Notes under the pieces: model-generated
Database searches by the model: none
What the model saw: the letters and a program-made list of their open reading frames with translations, nothing else
Told to the model about the DNA's origin: nothing
Program-made: the position numbers and the translations under genes
From: an uncultured bacterium
GTDB taxonomy: Bacteria; Zhuqueibacterota; QNDG01; DTFT01
Assembly (NCBI GenBank): GCA_963736115.1
Contig: CAVTNR010000012.1
Coordinates: 64,001 to 128,000, forward strand
Length of the DNA: 64,000 bases
Reading direction: 5' to 3'
In this document: one piece after another, positions 31,421 through 41,871 of the stretch
Layout: every line of letters starts with the position of its first letter
Position numbering within the stretch: the stretch's first letter is position 1

Positions 31421-34330
31421 TTATTTGATATACGCCATCCTCCCCGTCCGCACGCCGGTTCCGGCTTCCAACCGGTACAGATAAACCCCGCTCGATAGTG
31501 CATCCGGGCGCCATTCGACATGGACCACACCGGGCTCCATGACCCGGTCGAGCAACAGGCATACCTCCTGTCCTCTGAGATTATAGACGGCCAGCCGGAC
31601 AGCCGTTTTGGACGGAATCCGAAAATGGATGATCGTTGCCGGATTGAACGGATTGGGATAATTCCCGGCCAGGATGAAATCCCGGCCCGCAGGCCCGGCC
31701 GGCTCCCGGATCCCGCTCACCGGTGTGACGCCCGGCACTCCCCCCACGCGTAAAGTGGGATCTCCGAACAGCGTGTATTTGAAAGTCTGGTGAAACCGGG
31801 CGAGTGGCGTCCAGTCCCAGATATCCGCCGTTCCCGGAAAACCGGAAGTGTCCGTGTACTCATGGGGCGTAATCGCGTGAATGGCATGCTCTGCGGTATA
31901 CGTGGAAACCGCGTATTTCCACATGTCGCCGGCCAGGCGGTACCCTTTTGTGAAGGCCTCGAAAAACCAGGTGCCGTGGTCCTCTCCGGGACTCTGCATG
32001 CCGGTATTGGCGCCGTAATAAACGATGGCGCCCCTGTCAGGGTGCCTGCAGATCAAGAATTCCGGGTACGATCCGTCCTTGTCCCCCGGCTGCAGCGGAT
32101 CCGGAACCGGCGGGGAACCGTCGCTGTTTCTGGACATGTTCGTTCCGGTCCCCGTGCTCTCATACAGATATCCATTGTACCGGACGCCGTCCGATCCGGT
32201 GAAACCCTGGTGCAGGAGATTGGTCGGCGCATACTCGCCCGCGCCGCATCCCGCGTGGAAAACAACGGGCAGTTTCTCCCGGCACACGCGCCAGTCGTCG
32301 TGAGCGCCCATGCCCCAGGCGCCGTGCCCGTTGTAGAGCAGAAATCCCATGCCTTTCAGGGAGCCGTTCACGAATACCGCGGGATCGATCGGCGTGTCCG
32401 CCGGATGCTCCGCATGCGTTTCATTGAACCCCGCGGCGGTCATGAGGGCTGATGTTTTCCGGGCGGCCTCGACCCACGAGGTCCAGTCCTGGTTGGCCAG
32501 GGTGTAGGAATCATTGAACCACCAGGCGTGGAACGCCCTGGACTCGTACTGCAGAACCTTGTGGATGTAATTCTGCGCCTCCTGGACGTTCGAGCAGGGA
32601 ATCCGGCCCACGGCCACTTCCGGATAGACATGGAGGTTTTCGGGATTGATGTCGTTCTTGTACATCTCGGCAAAATACCCGTCTCCGTCCGCATCCCAGT
32701 CGTGGAACTTTCCGTCAGCGTCGTATAAATCCGCGTAATAGAGATCCGTGGCAAAATAATTCGGCAGAAACATCAGCATGGCTTCGGTGGTCGAGTCTCC
32801 GGCGCTCCAGTTCCATCCCCAGCCGGGCCTGTCCAGAAATTCCTCGGGGAAGAAGTCTCCGTTCTCATACCCCGAAAGCGTGAAACGGACGGGCAGGAGC
32901 TCGGAATCTCCGAACAGCATCACGTGGCGCACATTATAATACCGGTAGTAGAAGTCGATCCCCTTCTTGATGCTCTCAGCCGAATCTCGGCCGTCGGTCA
33001 TCGTCTGTACGTCCACCACATAAGTCCGGATCCCGGTGCTGTTTTTCCAGTCCACCAAAGGCTGAAGGGTTTCGATGAAAGGGGCGGCGGTCACGATCAG
33101 CAGATTCGCCGAAGTGACGTTCCAGGGCGCGTCGAAATACAGGCCGTTCCGGTCCGCGCCGGCGAAAATCGCGCCCCCGCCGGACGACCAGTTGCCGGGG
33201 GAATACACCAGTTTGGGCGCCACGTCCTCGGGCCAGGACGTGATGTCCGAGTCATTCACCGCCGTTTTCCCGTGCCATTCCGCCGGATCCGCGGCCGACG
33301 CCCACTGCCAGTACAGCGTGCGGCTCCTGCCCTCGTCGTCCCGTATGTACAGCAGGTTCACGTATTCATTTGGCGTTTCGCGGTAGTTCTCGATGTCTGA
33401 AACATATTCGTCCACATTCAGGGAATCGGCGATCCAGATCTCGGACGGCAGGAACCCGCTGGTGACGCAATCCTCCACCAGGTCGACCTGGTGGTCCCCG
33501 CGGTCGATGTTGAACATCGTCCAGGCCGTCAGTTCGTCGATGTTTGCCGCCGCCACATGGGGATCGTAGCGCACTTCCGGCAGGCTGGTCGCGGTCGAGG
33601 CCGTCTCCCAGTCGCTCCCTCCGTTGGGGGATATCATCACGGTGGTGTGATATCCCGACTCCTCAAAACCGCAATACCCGAGGCAGAGAATATGCTTGGG
33701 ATTGACATCAATACTCACCCGGGTGCCGGATCCGGCCCGCCAGCCGAAGGTCCGTTCATGGCAGACCGTCCAGGCATGCAGGGTCAAGAACGAGCACGTC
33801 GCGGCTCTCAGCCGCTTGGAAACCGCGTCGATTTCCTCGAGCCAGGCGGCGTAGTACAGGTCGTTCATCCGGCATGCGTCGAAGCTGTTCTCGATAACCG
33901 GCCTGTCGCTGACCGCCATGACCACCATTGCCGGGGCCGAGGCCCAGGTTCTGGCGTCCTCCCAGTTCAGCCTGAAACAGACCAGCTTGCCGGAAAAGGG
34001 CGAATTCGGATTGGGCTCGCGATAAAAAATGACGAGGTGTTTCTCCTCGTCATGCACGATCAGCTTGAATTTTTTGATGGAGTGATAACTGTTCATCCGG
34101 TACAGTTCGTTCCAGGAGTATCCCCGGTTGCGGGACTCGTAGACGATGATTTCAGTTCCGTTCTCTGGCTGAAAGACGACGAACATCGTGCCGTCCATGG
34201 CGTAATCGGCATCGAAGGTGCGCACATCGCCTTCCGTCCATATCGGGATGTCCAGGCCCCAGGCGGCCACCTCTGCGGGAATGCATGCGGCGAGACACAC
34301 GCAGAGCAGGATCGGAAAAGTCTTTTTCAT
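31421..34330 (-). CDS. C25 (gingipain-like) cysteine peptidase with an N-terminal propeller-like region and a T9SS-type C-terminal domain
   Basis: LLIVT, HVMLFGD, TDLYYADL, VAVGRIP, catalytic NGHG and AGC, YTLFGDP, and the C-terminal NYPNPFNP...SSGVYLYRL motif. Confidence 0.85.
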   Translation of the reverse strand: MKKTFPILLCVCLAACIPAEVAAWGLDIPIWTEGDVRTFDADYAMDGTMFVVFQPENGTEIIVYESRNRGYSWNELYRMNSYHSIKKFKLIVHDEEKHLVIFYREPNPNSPFSGKLVCFRLNWEDARTWASAPAMVVMAVSDRPVIENSFDACRMNDLYYAAWLEEIDAVSKRLRAATCSFLTLHAWTVCHERTFGWRAGSGTRVSIDVNPKHILCLGYCGFEESGYHTTVMISPNGGSDWETASTATSLPEVRYDPHVAAANIDELTAWTMFNIDRGDHQVDLVEDCVTSGFLPSEIWIADSLNVDEYVSDIENYRETPNEYVNLLYIRDDEGRSRTLYWQWASAADPAEWHGKTAVNDSDITSWPEDVAPKLVYSPGNWSSGGGAIFAGADRNGLYFDAPWNVTSANLLIVTAAPFIETLQPLVDWKNSTGIRTYVVDVQTMTDGRDSAESIKKGIDFYYRYYNVRHVMLFGDSELLPVRFTLSGYENGDFFPEEFLDRPGWGWNWSAGDSTTEAMLMFLPNYFATDLYYADLYDADGKFHDWDADGDGYFAEMYKNDINPENLHVYPEVAVGRIPCSNVQEAQNYIHKVLQYESRAFHAWWFNDSYTLANQDWTSWVEAARKTSALMTAAGFNETHAEHPADTPIDPAVFVNGSLKGMGFLLYNGHGAWGMGAHDDWRVCREKLPVVFHAGCGAGEYAPTNLLHQGFTGSDGVRYNGYLYESTGTGTNMSRNSDGSPPVPDPLQPGDKDGSYPEFLICRHPDRGAIVYYGANTGMQSPGEDHGTWFFEAFTKGYRLAGDMWKYAVSTYTAEHAIHAITPHEYTDTSGFPGTADIWDWTPLARFHQTFKYTLFGDPTLRVGGVPGVTPVSGIREPAGPAGRDFILAGNYPNPFNPATIIHFRIPSKTAVRLAVYNLRGQEVCLLLDRVMEPGVVHVEWRPDALSSGVYLYRLEAGTGVRTGRMAYIK

Positions 34331-34639
34331 GGCATCCTCCCTCCCGGTGAAGAGTTTTCATGCCGGAAAAATGCGGCTATCTGTTTGATTTTTTAAGCCT
34401 GGATAGATCAGCCTCCTGCGGGATTTCGGAGCGGGGGATTTGACCGATGACTGAAATGTACCGATATTCTTGAGAAAAAGACAGCTATATTATCGAAAAA
34501 CCCTGCCGCAAGTCGTGGAGTATCGCAAGAAACTTGGAGTAGGGTTGCCGCCCCGCTGCTCGGGACCAGGCTATTATAAGCCTTCTGGTGGAAGACAGGC
34601 CCTGTTGCGAAACACCCGGTGAAACATCGATGGATTATT

Positions 34640-35596
34640 TCATGGATACCACTGTCCGATAAAATAAACACCGGCGTCCTCTTCCGAGAAAACGGCCTGA
34701 CGGCATAGAAATTCAGGGGGGAAATAATCGGGCGTGATGTTCCGGTTATTCGACCCGTCCGCATCCATCATGTACATGTCGTACTTCCCCGCTCCGGAAA
34801 CCGCCGCCACGATGTAGACGATCCGATCATCCGTGGCGGACCATTCGGGCAGGCCCTGGGTGCAGGCTGTATGTGTCAACCGCGACTCCTGAAACCCCGC
34901 CGAATCGACCTTGAAAATGTCATACCCGCCGTTGGCCTGGCCGGCGTCCACCAATCGTTCGAAAACGACCCTGCTTCCATCCGAATTGAACCTGGGATCG
35001 TAATCCCCGGCCGGCAGATTGGCGCTCCCCCATTCGCCGGCATTCGGCGGGTCGGTCAGCCGCCGCGGATCCGTTCCATCTTCGCGAATCGTCCAAAGTT
35101 GACTGTCCCGTGTAAAGACGATCCGGCCGCCGCTTCCCCAATTCACGTCCGCGTCATGGGTTCCGGAATCATAAAACAGCCTCTGATGGCCGCCGTTCGA
35201 GTCCATCATGAACAGATCCAGTGTCGATTGCATCGAAAGATAGACGACCCGGCCCCCGTCCGGTGCAAAACCGGGATACACGTCCATGGCGCCGTTCCGG
35301 GTCAGGCGGGTCAATCCGGATCCGTCCACGCCGATCGTCATGATTTCATAATGGATGTCCGCATCCCCTTCGGCTTTCTGCGCAAATGCCAGCTTCCGGT
35401 TGCGGCGGTCCAGAGACAGGCCCTGGATACTCCGATCGTCGTCGTGAATCAGCGTGACATTTTCGGAGGTCAAATCCAGGCGGTAGATGCCCCAGTCCGA
35501 TTCATGCGTCACGCTTTTACGCTCCGGAGACGTGGCTTGCTTGCAGGAACACAGAACCACCAGACAAACGGCCGAGAGAAGGATCCTGATTTTCAT
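34640..35596 (-). CDS. TolB/PD40-repeat beta-propeller lipoprotein
   Basis: Lipobox-like LCSC and repeated PxFxxDG / D.DG...RLT motifs. Confidence 0.8.
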   Translation of the reverse strand: MKIRILLSAVCLVVLCSCKQATSPERKSVTHESDWGIYRLDLTSENVTLIHDDDRSIQGLSLDRRNRKLAFAQKAEGDADIHYEIMTIGVDGSGLTRLTRNGAMDVYPGFAPDGGRVVYLSMQSTLDLFMMDSNGGHQRLFYDSGTHDADVNWGSGGRIVFTRDSQLWTIREDGTDPRRLTDPPNAGEWGSANLPAGDYDPRFNSDGSRVVFERLVDAGQANGGYDIFKVDSAGFQESRLTHTACTQGLPEWSATDDRIVYIVAAVSGAGKYDMYMMDADGSNNRNITPDYFPPEFLCRQAVFSEEDAGVYFIGQWYP

Positions 35597-35759
35597 ACGT
35601 GCCTCCGGGTTGACCGGAAAAGACACAATCGTCCGGCATTTCCTTGTCCGGGCCTGAAACGGATCTGATCTCTCCGGTGGTTTTTCCGGGATCCACCGGC
35701 TGTAACGACCCCGGACACCAGAAGTCCGGGTCCATCAGGGCAACCCTCCGATCCCGCCC

Positions 35760-36353
35760 TTAAAAAAAATTCTGCGCCAGAAACGGGATCCAGGCGAATG
35801 CGACGAACACGCAGGCGCCGACGCACATTTTAATCGCTGGTTTCAGCTTTCGTGCTGCGGCGCCGGATACCAGGCAGAGAACCATCGCCAGGATCCAGGG
35901 GCCATAGGCTGTGTTCACCATTTTTTTCCTGCGATGCTGCCAGGTCTCTTTGAAGTTTTGCTCGGGGAACAGCACTCGCAACCGGCCGTTTTCCGGAACA
36001 TCCGGGTTGTACAGCACGGCCAGGGTCTGGCCCACGTGGACCTGCGCTTCGAGATCCGCACGGGACTGCACGGGACCCTTGACGTAACCGCCCAGGCTGA
36101 ACTCCTCTTTCCGGCCCTCGATGGTGACGACGGCATAATGCTCGTCATAAGTCCGGTTTCTGCGCATTTCGCCTTTTGAAAAAAACAGCCGGTCCACCGT
36201 GCACACGGCCGGCCTGTACCCGTCCGCGTGTATCAGGATCGCCACGCTTTTCCCGACGAAAAAGGCCGTTAGCATGGCCGTCCACATCGAAAGGACAATG
36301 GCTGTCAGCCCGAACAGTTTTCTAAGACCATCGAACAGGCTTTGCGCTTTCAT
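35760..36353 (-). CDS. Membrane protein, DUF3592-like
   Basis: TM-beta domain-TM layout with VGQTLAVLYNPDVP. Confidence 0.6.
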   Translation of the reverse strand: MKAQSLFDGLRKLFGLTAIVLSMWTAMLTAFFVGKSVAILIHADGYRPAVCTVDRLFFSKGEMRRNRTYDEHYAVVTIEGRKEEFSLGGYVKGPVQSRADLEAQVHVGQTLAVLYNPDVPENGRLRVLFPEQNFKETWQHRRKKMVNTAYGPWILAMVLCLVSGAAARKLKPAIKMCVGACVFVAFAWIPFLAQNFF

Positions 36354-36486
36354 GCTTCCTTCCCGGTCGCTTCGCGATACCTGACGATTCGCGGAGAAAT
36401 GAAGGCCCCCGGTTTACTCTCAATACGCAATCGTATGGCATTGAAAGCACCCTCTCCCTCAAAACGCCTTCCATGTGAAAGCCGCG

Positions 36487-37428
36487 TTATTCCCACCCGT
36501 TTTGAATGCCGTGTTTGGCGATGTACCCGATGGCCTCGATTTCATGAATTTGGCCGTTCCGTATCTTGAAAATATGAGCGGCCGGGAGATCGAAAGGGCC
36601 CCAGGTGTTGGCTCTTTCGGTGATTCCGGGAACGCCTGTGATTTTCATGATCTTGGGCTCCCCGTCATGCCTGAAAATGGAAAACGCGAACACCAGCCCC
36701 ATTTCCTCGTCCACGGCCAGCAGACGGCGGCTGTCGATATCGGTGATATAGCTCATGACACCGGTGCTGAGCTGGTCGCTGCATGTCATTTTTCTGAACA
36801 CCGAGAAATCGTCCTGTGCGGCTTCTTCCGGGGTCTGCGTCTGATCATTGGCGCTGATTCCGCCGTTCTCCCGCCGCTGGCAGTCCTCCGCGAAAGGCGC
36901 GACTTTACCGTTGTCCTGGACAATGGCCTCATAATACGAATTCGCGATTTTCAGCATCCGGTCGCGCGGGACGCGTTCGGAGGGTTTCACGGGCTCAAGC
37001 AATCCGGGCCGCGCTTTCGACATATTGGGATTCAAGGCGGGTCCGTAGGGAGGAATCACCAGGTGGTCGATTTCAGTGATTTGACCGCCCGCCACCTTCA
37101 GCCGGATGGCGACAATGGCCGGCTTTTGCCTGTCCTGGATGACTCCGATGAATCCGATTTGCCCTTCGACCGGATCAGCCACGACGATTTTGAATTCCGT
37201 CGGCCCTGCCGTGGCCGTTTCCCAGAGTCCCTTTCCGACCGGCGTGACAACCGTGTTTTCCACGAGCTTGACGTCTCCCGCAAGCGGCACGCCGGCGGGA
37301 TCGTGATTTGCGAGAGCCGCGAGATACTGATCCATGAGCGCGACCAGGGCCGGCCGATTCATTTTCCCGGAGCAGGCAAAGGACCCGAGCAGGATCATCA
37401 GGCACATCGCTTTAACGCATGGGTTCAC
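36487..37428 (-). CDS. Hypothetical lipoprotein with tandem NTF2/SnoaL-like folds
   Basis: Lipobox FACS. Internal duplication: ITEIDHLV and IHEIEAIG, YLAAL and YYEAI. Confidence 0.65.
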   Translation of the reverse strand: MNPCVKAMCLMILLGSFACSGKMNRPALVALMDQYLAALANHDPAGVPLAGDVKLVENTVVTPVGKGLWETATAGPTEFKIVVADPVEGQIGFIGVIQDRQKPAIVAIRLKVAGGQITEIDHLVIPPYGPALNPNMSKARPGLLEPVKPSERVPRDRMLKIANSYYEAIVQDNGKVAPFAEDCQRRENGGISANDQTQTPEEAAQDDFSVFRKMTCSDQLSTGVMSYITDIDSRRLLAVDEEMGLVFAFSIFRHDGEPKIMKITGVPGITERANTWGPFDLPAAHIFKIRNGQIHEIEAIGYIAKHGIQNGWE

Positions 37429-37531
37429 AACTCCTCCTCTTCTGAAGAATCGATATCGCCGGTCCCCTGATCCCCGGAGGTTCCGGACCCGGCATTCTTC
37501 CCTCTGCGGAAGGGGGCGTTTTTACAGAAGA

Positions 37532-38905
37532 TCACCTCACGCCGCTTCCGGAAACCACCAGGGTCCCGAAGCTGAGAGGCGGCATGTGGACCCCGTAAAC
37601 GGCTTTTCGGACCTGAATCCGGGTAAAAACGGGATCCGTTTTCCTGTTGTACAGCGTCACGACGACGGTACCGGAGGGATCCAGAAATGCGACCGCATCC
37701 GCTTCAGGGGACAGTCCCTCGGTTTCGACCATCCGCGAACCGGGCGGAACGAATTTCGAGAAACTGCCGATGGCCCCGAACAGGGGCGTGTACCGGACCT
37801 GCTTCGTCGCGGGATCGACCGTGATCATGGAATTCTGCGGCCAGGGCTTTTTCGAGTCTATGCTCATGCCGTCCGGCTGGAGAACCATGTTCCAAAGCTC
37901 GTACACGGTCACGCCCGCCTTGAGCCAGTCGCGTATCTTGTCCCAGGTGAAGCCGGCATAGTGGATGTCGTTCTGCGGCATGTCCGGGTCGTGGTTCGGC
38001 ATCCAGAACCAGTTGCCGCAGTCGGTTTCGGTCTGCCACACGGTCAGCCCCGGCGCGAAGGCCCTCAATTGATCCATAAACCCGATGCTGAACCACTGCA
38101 TGCCCGCCAGGGAAACGAACCGGCGCGCGGCCGGATCGAGAAGCACGGCAAGCGCGTGCCGGACGTTCGCGGGCTGGTTGAAGGTGCCGAGCATGACCGC
38201 GTCAAGCAGGCCCTCCTTCTCGAAAAGCGGACCGAGGTGATCGCGGATGAATGTGAGGAACTGGGGCGGCGTCCAGTCGCAGGACGGGTAATTCGTATTC
38301 GTTCCCGGTTCATTCTGAACCGCCACCGCCTCCATCGGCAGTCCCTCCTGCCTGTATGCCCGGATGAACTTGAGGAGGTACAGCGCATAGGCCCGGTACA
38401 TCATGGGATCGTCGATGAAATTGCCCGAGTCGAATGATGCATTGTCCTTCATCCACGTCGGCGGCGTCCAGGCGGAACCCCACAGCCTGAGCTTCGGCTG
38501 TATGGCCAGGGCTTCCTGGATGTACGGGATGACGCGGATTCTATCACGCTCTATCGAAAATTGCTTCATCTCGTAGTCCAGCGGGATCTCGTTCAGGGAA
38601 TACCGCTCCACGGCGTAGTCGTTCGCACCGACCGGCACGCGGCAGACCGTGAATCCGATTCCTTCGACCGGATCGAACATCCGCCGCATGACCGCCGCGC
38701 GCGCCTGCCTGCTCAGCACGGAGAGCGCCTCCCAGCCCTTTTCGTTGAAGCATCCGCCGAATCCTTCCACGGTCTGGCGGGTCTTTCCCGGATACACGAC
38801 GATGTTCGGCATGCCGGATCCGGCGTCTCTGACCGGATGTTCGACAAAAAAGGAATCGGAGGTTGAAACAAAAAAGCCTGCAGGGCCGGAGGATGGCGCG
38901 TTCAT
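37532..38905 (-). CDS. Glycoside hydrolase family 30
   Basis: EGFGGCFNE, SAWTPPTWMK, AVQNEP (acid/base) and QTETDCG (nucleophile) motifs. Confidence 0.9.
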   Translation of the reverse strand: MNAPSSGPAGFFVSTSDSFFVEHPVRDAGSGMPNIVVYPGKTRQTVEGFGGCFNEKGWEALSVLSRQARAAVMRRMFDPVEGIGFTVCRVPVGANDYAVERYSLNEIPLDYEMKQFSIERDRIRVIPYIQEALAIQPKLRLWGSAWTPPTWMKDNASFDSGNFIDDPMMYRAYALYLLKFIRAYRQEGLPMEAVAVQNEPGTNTNYPSCDWTPPQFLTFIRDHLGPLFEKEGLLDAVMLGTFNQPANVRHALAVLLDPAARRFVSLAGMQWFSIGFMDQLRAFAPGLTVWQTETDCGNWFWMPNHDPDMPQNDIHYAGFTWDKIRDWLKAGVTVYELWNMVLQPDGMSIDSKKPWPQNSMITVDPATKQVRYTPLFGAIGSFSKFVPPGSRMVETEGLSPEADAVAFLDPSGTVVVTLYNRKTDPVFTRIQVRKAVYGVHMPPLSFGTLVVSGSGVR

Positions 38906-38999
38906 GGTTATGCCTTTCTTCTGTGATGCGATCCGACTTCCCTTGAGAGCATGGGTTTGTACCGGTCAGGCGTCCACGAGGGAGGAAGGCGCCGCTCGG

Positions 39000-39626
39000 T
39001 CACGTCACCGTGTCCCGAAGAGCCTTTCCCCCGAGATATATCCATATGACGCCGACCATGGAAATCAGGTGATACACCCCGTTCTGGTCCAGAGAGCCGA
39101 AAAAGAGCATGCCGATCCTCTGGATCGCCGAGGCCCCGAACAGGATGAGTACGCCCGCAATCATGTTTCGCAGGCCAGGGCTGTTTTTAACGTTCAAAAG
39201 GCACATCACCAGCAGGAACAGCATCACCGGAGCATAGTTGACAATGACCACCAGAAAGTTAGTGACTTCGAGAATCGCGATCGTGTATGCGATCGATTGA
39301 ACGATGCCGAATATCAGGAAATACCGCCGGACCGGACGCGAAAAGAATTGCGCGGCAATGGTCATCAGCAGAAAGAAGGTCATCATCCCGAGAAGAATCC
39401 AGGTCAATAGTTGAATGAAAGTCCGGGGCAAACCCGGGCCCTGGAAGAAACCGTGGTCAATCCCTCCGGCGATCGTGGCCAGACCGAGAAACAGCATCAT
39501 GCCGCTCCAGAACCAGGCGGCCGAAAACCTGGCCTTGGAAATTTGCGCCAGCATTCCCGCGAAGAAAAACACTTCGGCGGCGAGAATGAAGTTGGTAATC
39601 GAGGTGACGGCAAATGCATCCATCAT
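39000..39626 (-). CDS. Seven-TM membrane protein (DUF6962-like)
   Basis: GGIDHG and NGVYH motifs with TM helices. Confidence 0.65.
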   Translation of the reverse strand: MMDAFAVTSITNFILAAEVFFFAGMLAQISKARFSAAWFWSGMMLFLGLATIAGGIDHGFFQGPGLPRTFIQLLTWILLGMMTFFLLMTIAAQFFSRPVRRYFLIFGIVQSIAYTIAILEVTNFLVVIVNYAPVMLFLLVMCLLNVKNSPGLRNMIAGVLILFGASAIQRIGMLFFGSLDQNGVYHLISMVGVIWIYLGGKALRDTVT

Positions 39627-39909
39627 GGCTCTCTTTTCAATGTTAGGAGTCTATGGGGTTTGACGATGAAGTCCGCGAGCTCGCATGTCATCACGACAAC
39701 CGCGGGCGTCCCGGTCACAGCCGCCTCGGCCAGCCCGTTGAACAGAAGGTTGTCCGCCACCGCAGACGTCATCGGCACCGTCAGGATCGCGCAAAGAATT
39801 CGGATGATGGTTTTCACGGGACCTCATCGATTTGGCGTGCCGGATGTCACAGGATAGTTATCGAGAATATAATCAATATTACGGAGTTTGGGAAATCAAT
39901 TCTTTTTGT

Positions 39910-39948
39910 AAAAAAACGGTTACCTCCTTATGGAAGGTAACCGTTTTT
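39910..39948. terminator. Inverted repeat / terminator downstream of the AraC gene
   Basis: AAAAACGGTTACCT-N9-AGGTAACCGTTTTT. Confidence 0.65.
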
Positions 39949-39996
39949 CGCTTCTTTATTGGGATAATCCGGGGAGGCCGTAGAATCTTGCTGATT

Positions 39997-40950
39997 TCAC
40001 TTTTCCAAAATCTCCCGCACCGGCCGGCCTTCGATATAACCCCGGTACCCCTCTGGCGCCATCTGGAACCGCGGGCCATCGTCATCCGCCCATTCAAATC
40101 CGTACAGTTCGGGCTTGTACGTTTTCATCACGGTCCATAGGCTGTTAATGGCCTGTTCGAATTCCTCGTCCTTGAAAGGCGGACCCTGAAAAATCATCAT
40201 CTTGCAGGGCCTGAGATCGATGCAGTCATAGCTTTCAGGAATCCGGCCGGAATAATCGGCCGGCACTTCCACGCCCTGGCAGTACTCGGAGGTGCCTTTG
40301 GGGGCCATGCGCTGCGGCAGCCATACACCGACCGGTTCGTATAGCGCCTCCTTGACGCTGACCAGCATGCCCCAGACGTCGCACCCGACTTCTTTGCAGT
40401 ATTCGTAGTAGTCCGTGGCCGCAATGCCTCTCTTCAGGATCATCTTCCGGGCCGGCCGGTCGACGACCTGGACGAACACGGTTTGCATCACATCCTCTTT
40501 CCGCTTGTCCACATTCTTCGGGTCCATGGTCTTCTCCTCTTTGAACAGGTGGGGATGGTTTTCCAGGATCCGGTAAGGGATGAAGAGGCCGACCGGGGGC
40601 TTGTGCTTCTTGTACGCCGCGGGATTGATTCCGAATTGCCTCGAAAACGCCCGTGTGAATCCTTCGTGCGTATCAAAGACGAAATCAAAGGCCACGTCAA
40701 TCACCTTGACCTTTTCATCCCTCAGTTTCAGCGCAGCCCGGGACAGTCTGCAGGCCCGGATGTAGTCGAACGGCGTCTTCCCGATATGCTCCTTGAAAAT
40801 CCGCGACGCGTGCCAGGGTGAAAGCCCTGACACTTTCGCGAGATCATACAGGGTGATCCGCTCGGTCATGCGGGACTGAATGTAATCATGCATTTTGCCG
40901 ACTGCTCTGATCCGGTCTTCTTTCATCCGATCCTTCTCCGAACGGGACAA
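39997..40950 (-). CDS. AraC-family regulator with a GyrI-like effector domain
   Basis: N-terminal double HTH (SPWHASRIFK, FTRAFSRQFGINP) and C-terminal YCQGVEVP. Start may be the ATG at 40926. Confidence 0.9.
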   Translation of the reverse strand: MSRSEKDRMKEDRIRAVGKMHDYIQSRMTERITLYDLAKVSGLSPWHASRIFKEHIGKTPFDYIRACRLSRAALKLRDEKVKVIDVAFDFVFDTHEGFTRAFSRQFGINPAAYKKHKPPVGLFIPYRILENHPHLFKEEKTMDPKNVDKRKEDVMQTVFVQVVDRPARKMILKRGIAATDYYEYCKEVGCDVWGMLVSVKEALYEPVGVWLPQRMAPKGTSEYCQGVEVPADYSGRIPESYDCIDLRPCKMMIFQGPPFKDEEFEQAINSLWTVMKTYKPELYGFEWADDDGPRFQMAPEGYRGYIEGRPVREILEK

Positions 40951-41291
40951 GTTATCAAATCCGAAAGGGAATTTCTTGACTTCAATTGCTATATGGGTAA
41001 ATTTTGGACTGAATGCAAAGGGATTTTCAGAAGAATAGAGTGAACGCGGTTCCAGAACGCTGTTTTTTTGGTTTTAAACCGCGCGCACCCCAAAATGGAG
41101 GAACCGTTTCAGGCGGATCTGTACTGATTGTTCTTTTACGGAGGATTAATGATCCAGTCTTTTTATTGGAAGGATAAAGGGCGTTTTCTTTTTATAATCA
41201 ATATATGCATTTTCGAATTTCTCCGGAAATTCTATCTCCTAAGCTGTCTTCAAATAGACGGATAGGAGTACCGCGGATACCGCCACTGCGG

Positions 41292-41816
41292 TCATGGCTG
41301 TTTATGCTCCGATTGCCTGAAAACAGCGGTTTTTTTGATGGCCCTGCCCGCTTTGAACAGAATAGAGATGGAGACCGCGATTAAAATCGCGAATGGAATG
41401 GAAATTATGAAGAACCTGTGCATGCCGAAATATCCGTTCTGGTATCCGACTTTCAGCAGCCAGCTGGTTGTCGGCGCCAGAAGCAGAACGCCTGTCAGAA
41501 GCCCCGGACAGTATTTTTTCAAAACGAAAGCAGCCGCCAGGTGCGGAACAAATACGTTGACGAGCATTCCGAAATTGAAGCCGAAGTACAGATAGCCGGG
41601 AATACTGCGCTTCCCTTTCATGTAGAACAGGGCGGTGATGACCGCGGCCAGCATGGTCAGGACAACCAGGGCGAATGAAAATTCGAAGGTCCCGACCGGC
41701 TTGTGAAATCGGCCGGCATTTTTCGAGAACTTCGGAAGCCACAGCGCTTCTTCGAGATTATGGATGGTCAACACGACCGGAAAAAGCCAGAAAAACCAGG
41801 GGATTGAAGCGTCCAT
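41292..41816 (-). CDS. HXXEE-domain membrane protein
   Basis: IHNLEE and YCPGLLTG motifs. Confidence 0.85.
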   Translation of the reverse strand: MDASIPWFFWLFPVVLTIHNLEEALWLPKFSKNAGRFHKPVGTFEFSFALVVLTMLAAVITALFYMKGKRSIPGYLYFGFNFGMLVNVFVPHLAAAFVLKKYCPGLLTGVLLLAPTTSWLLKVGYQNGYFGMHRFFIISIPFAILIAVSISILFKAGRAIKKTAVFRQSEHKQP

Positions 41817-41871
41817 CGGTTGCCGGCATCCTTCTTTAAAAACATTGTATGAGTGCGGGACGGGATCCGAC

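Noticed and set aside
39623-39817. 64-aa ORF upstream of the seven-TM gene
   Set aside because: No recognisable motif. It may be a remnant or real, but I cannot support it.
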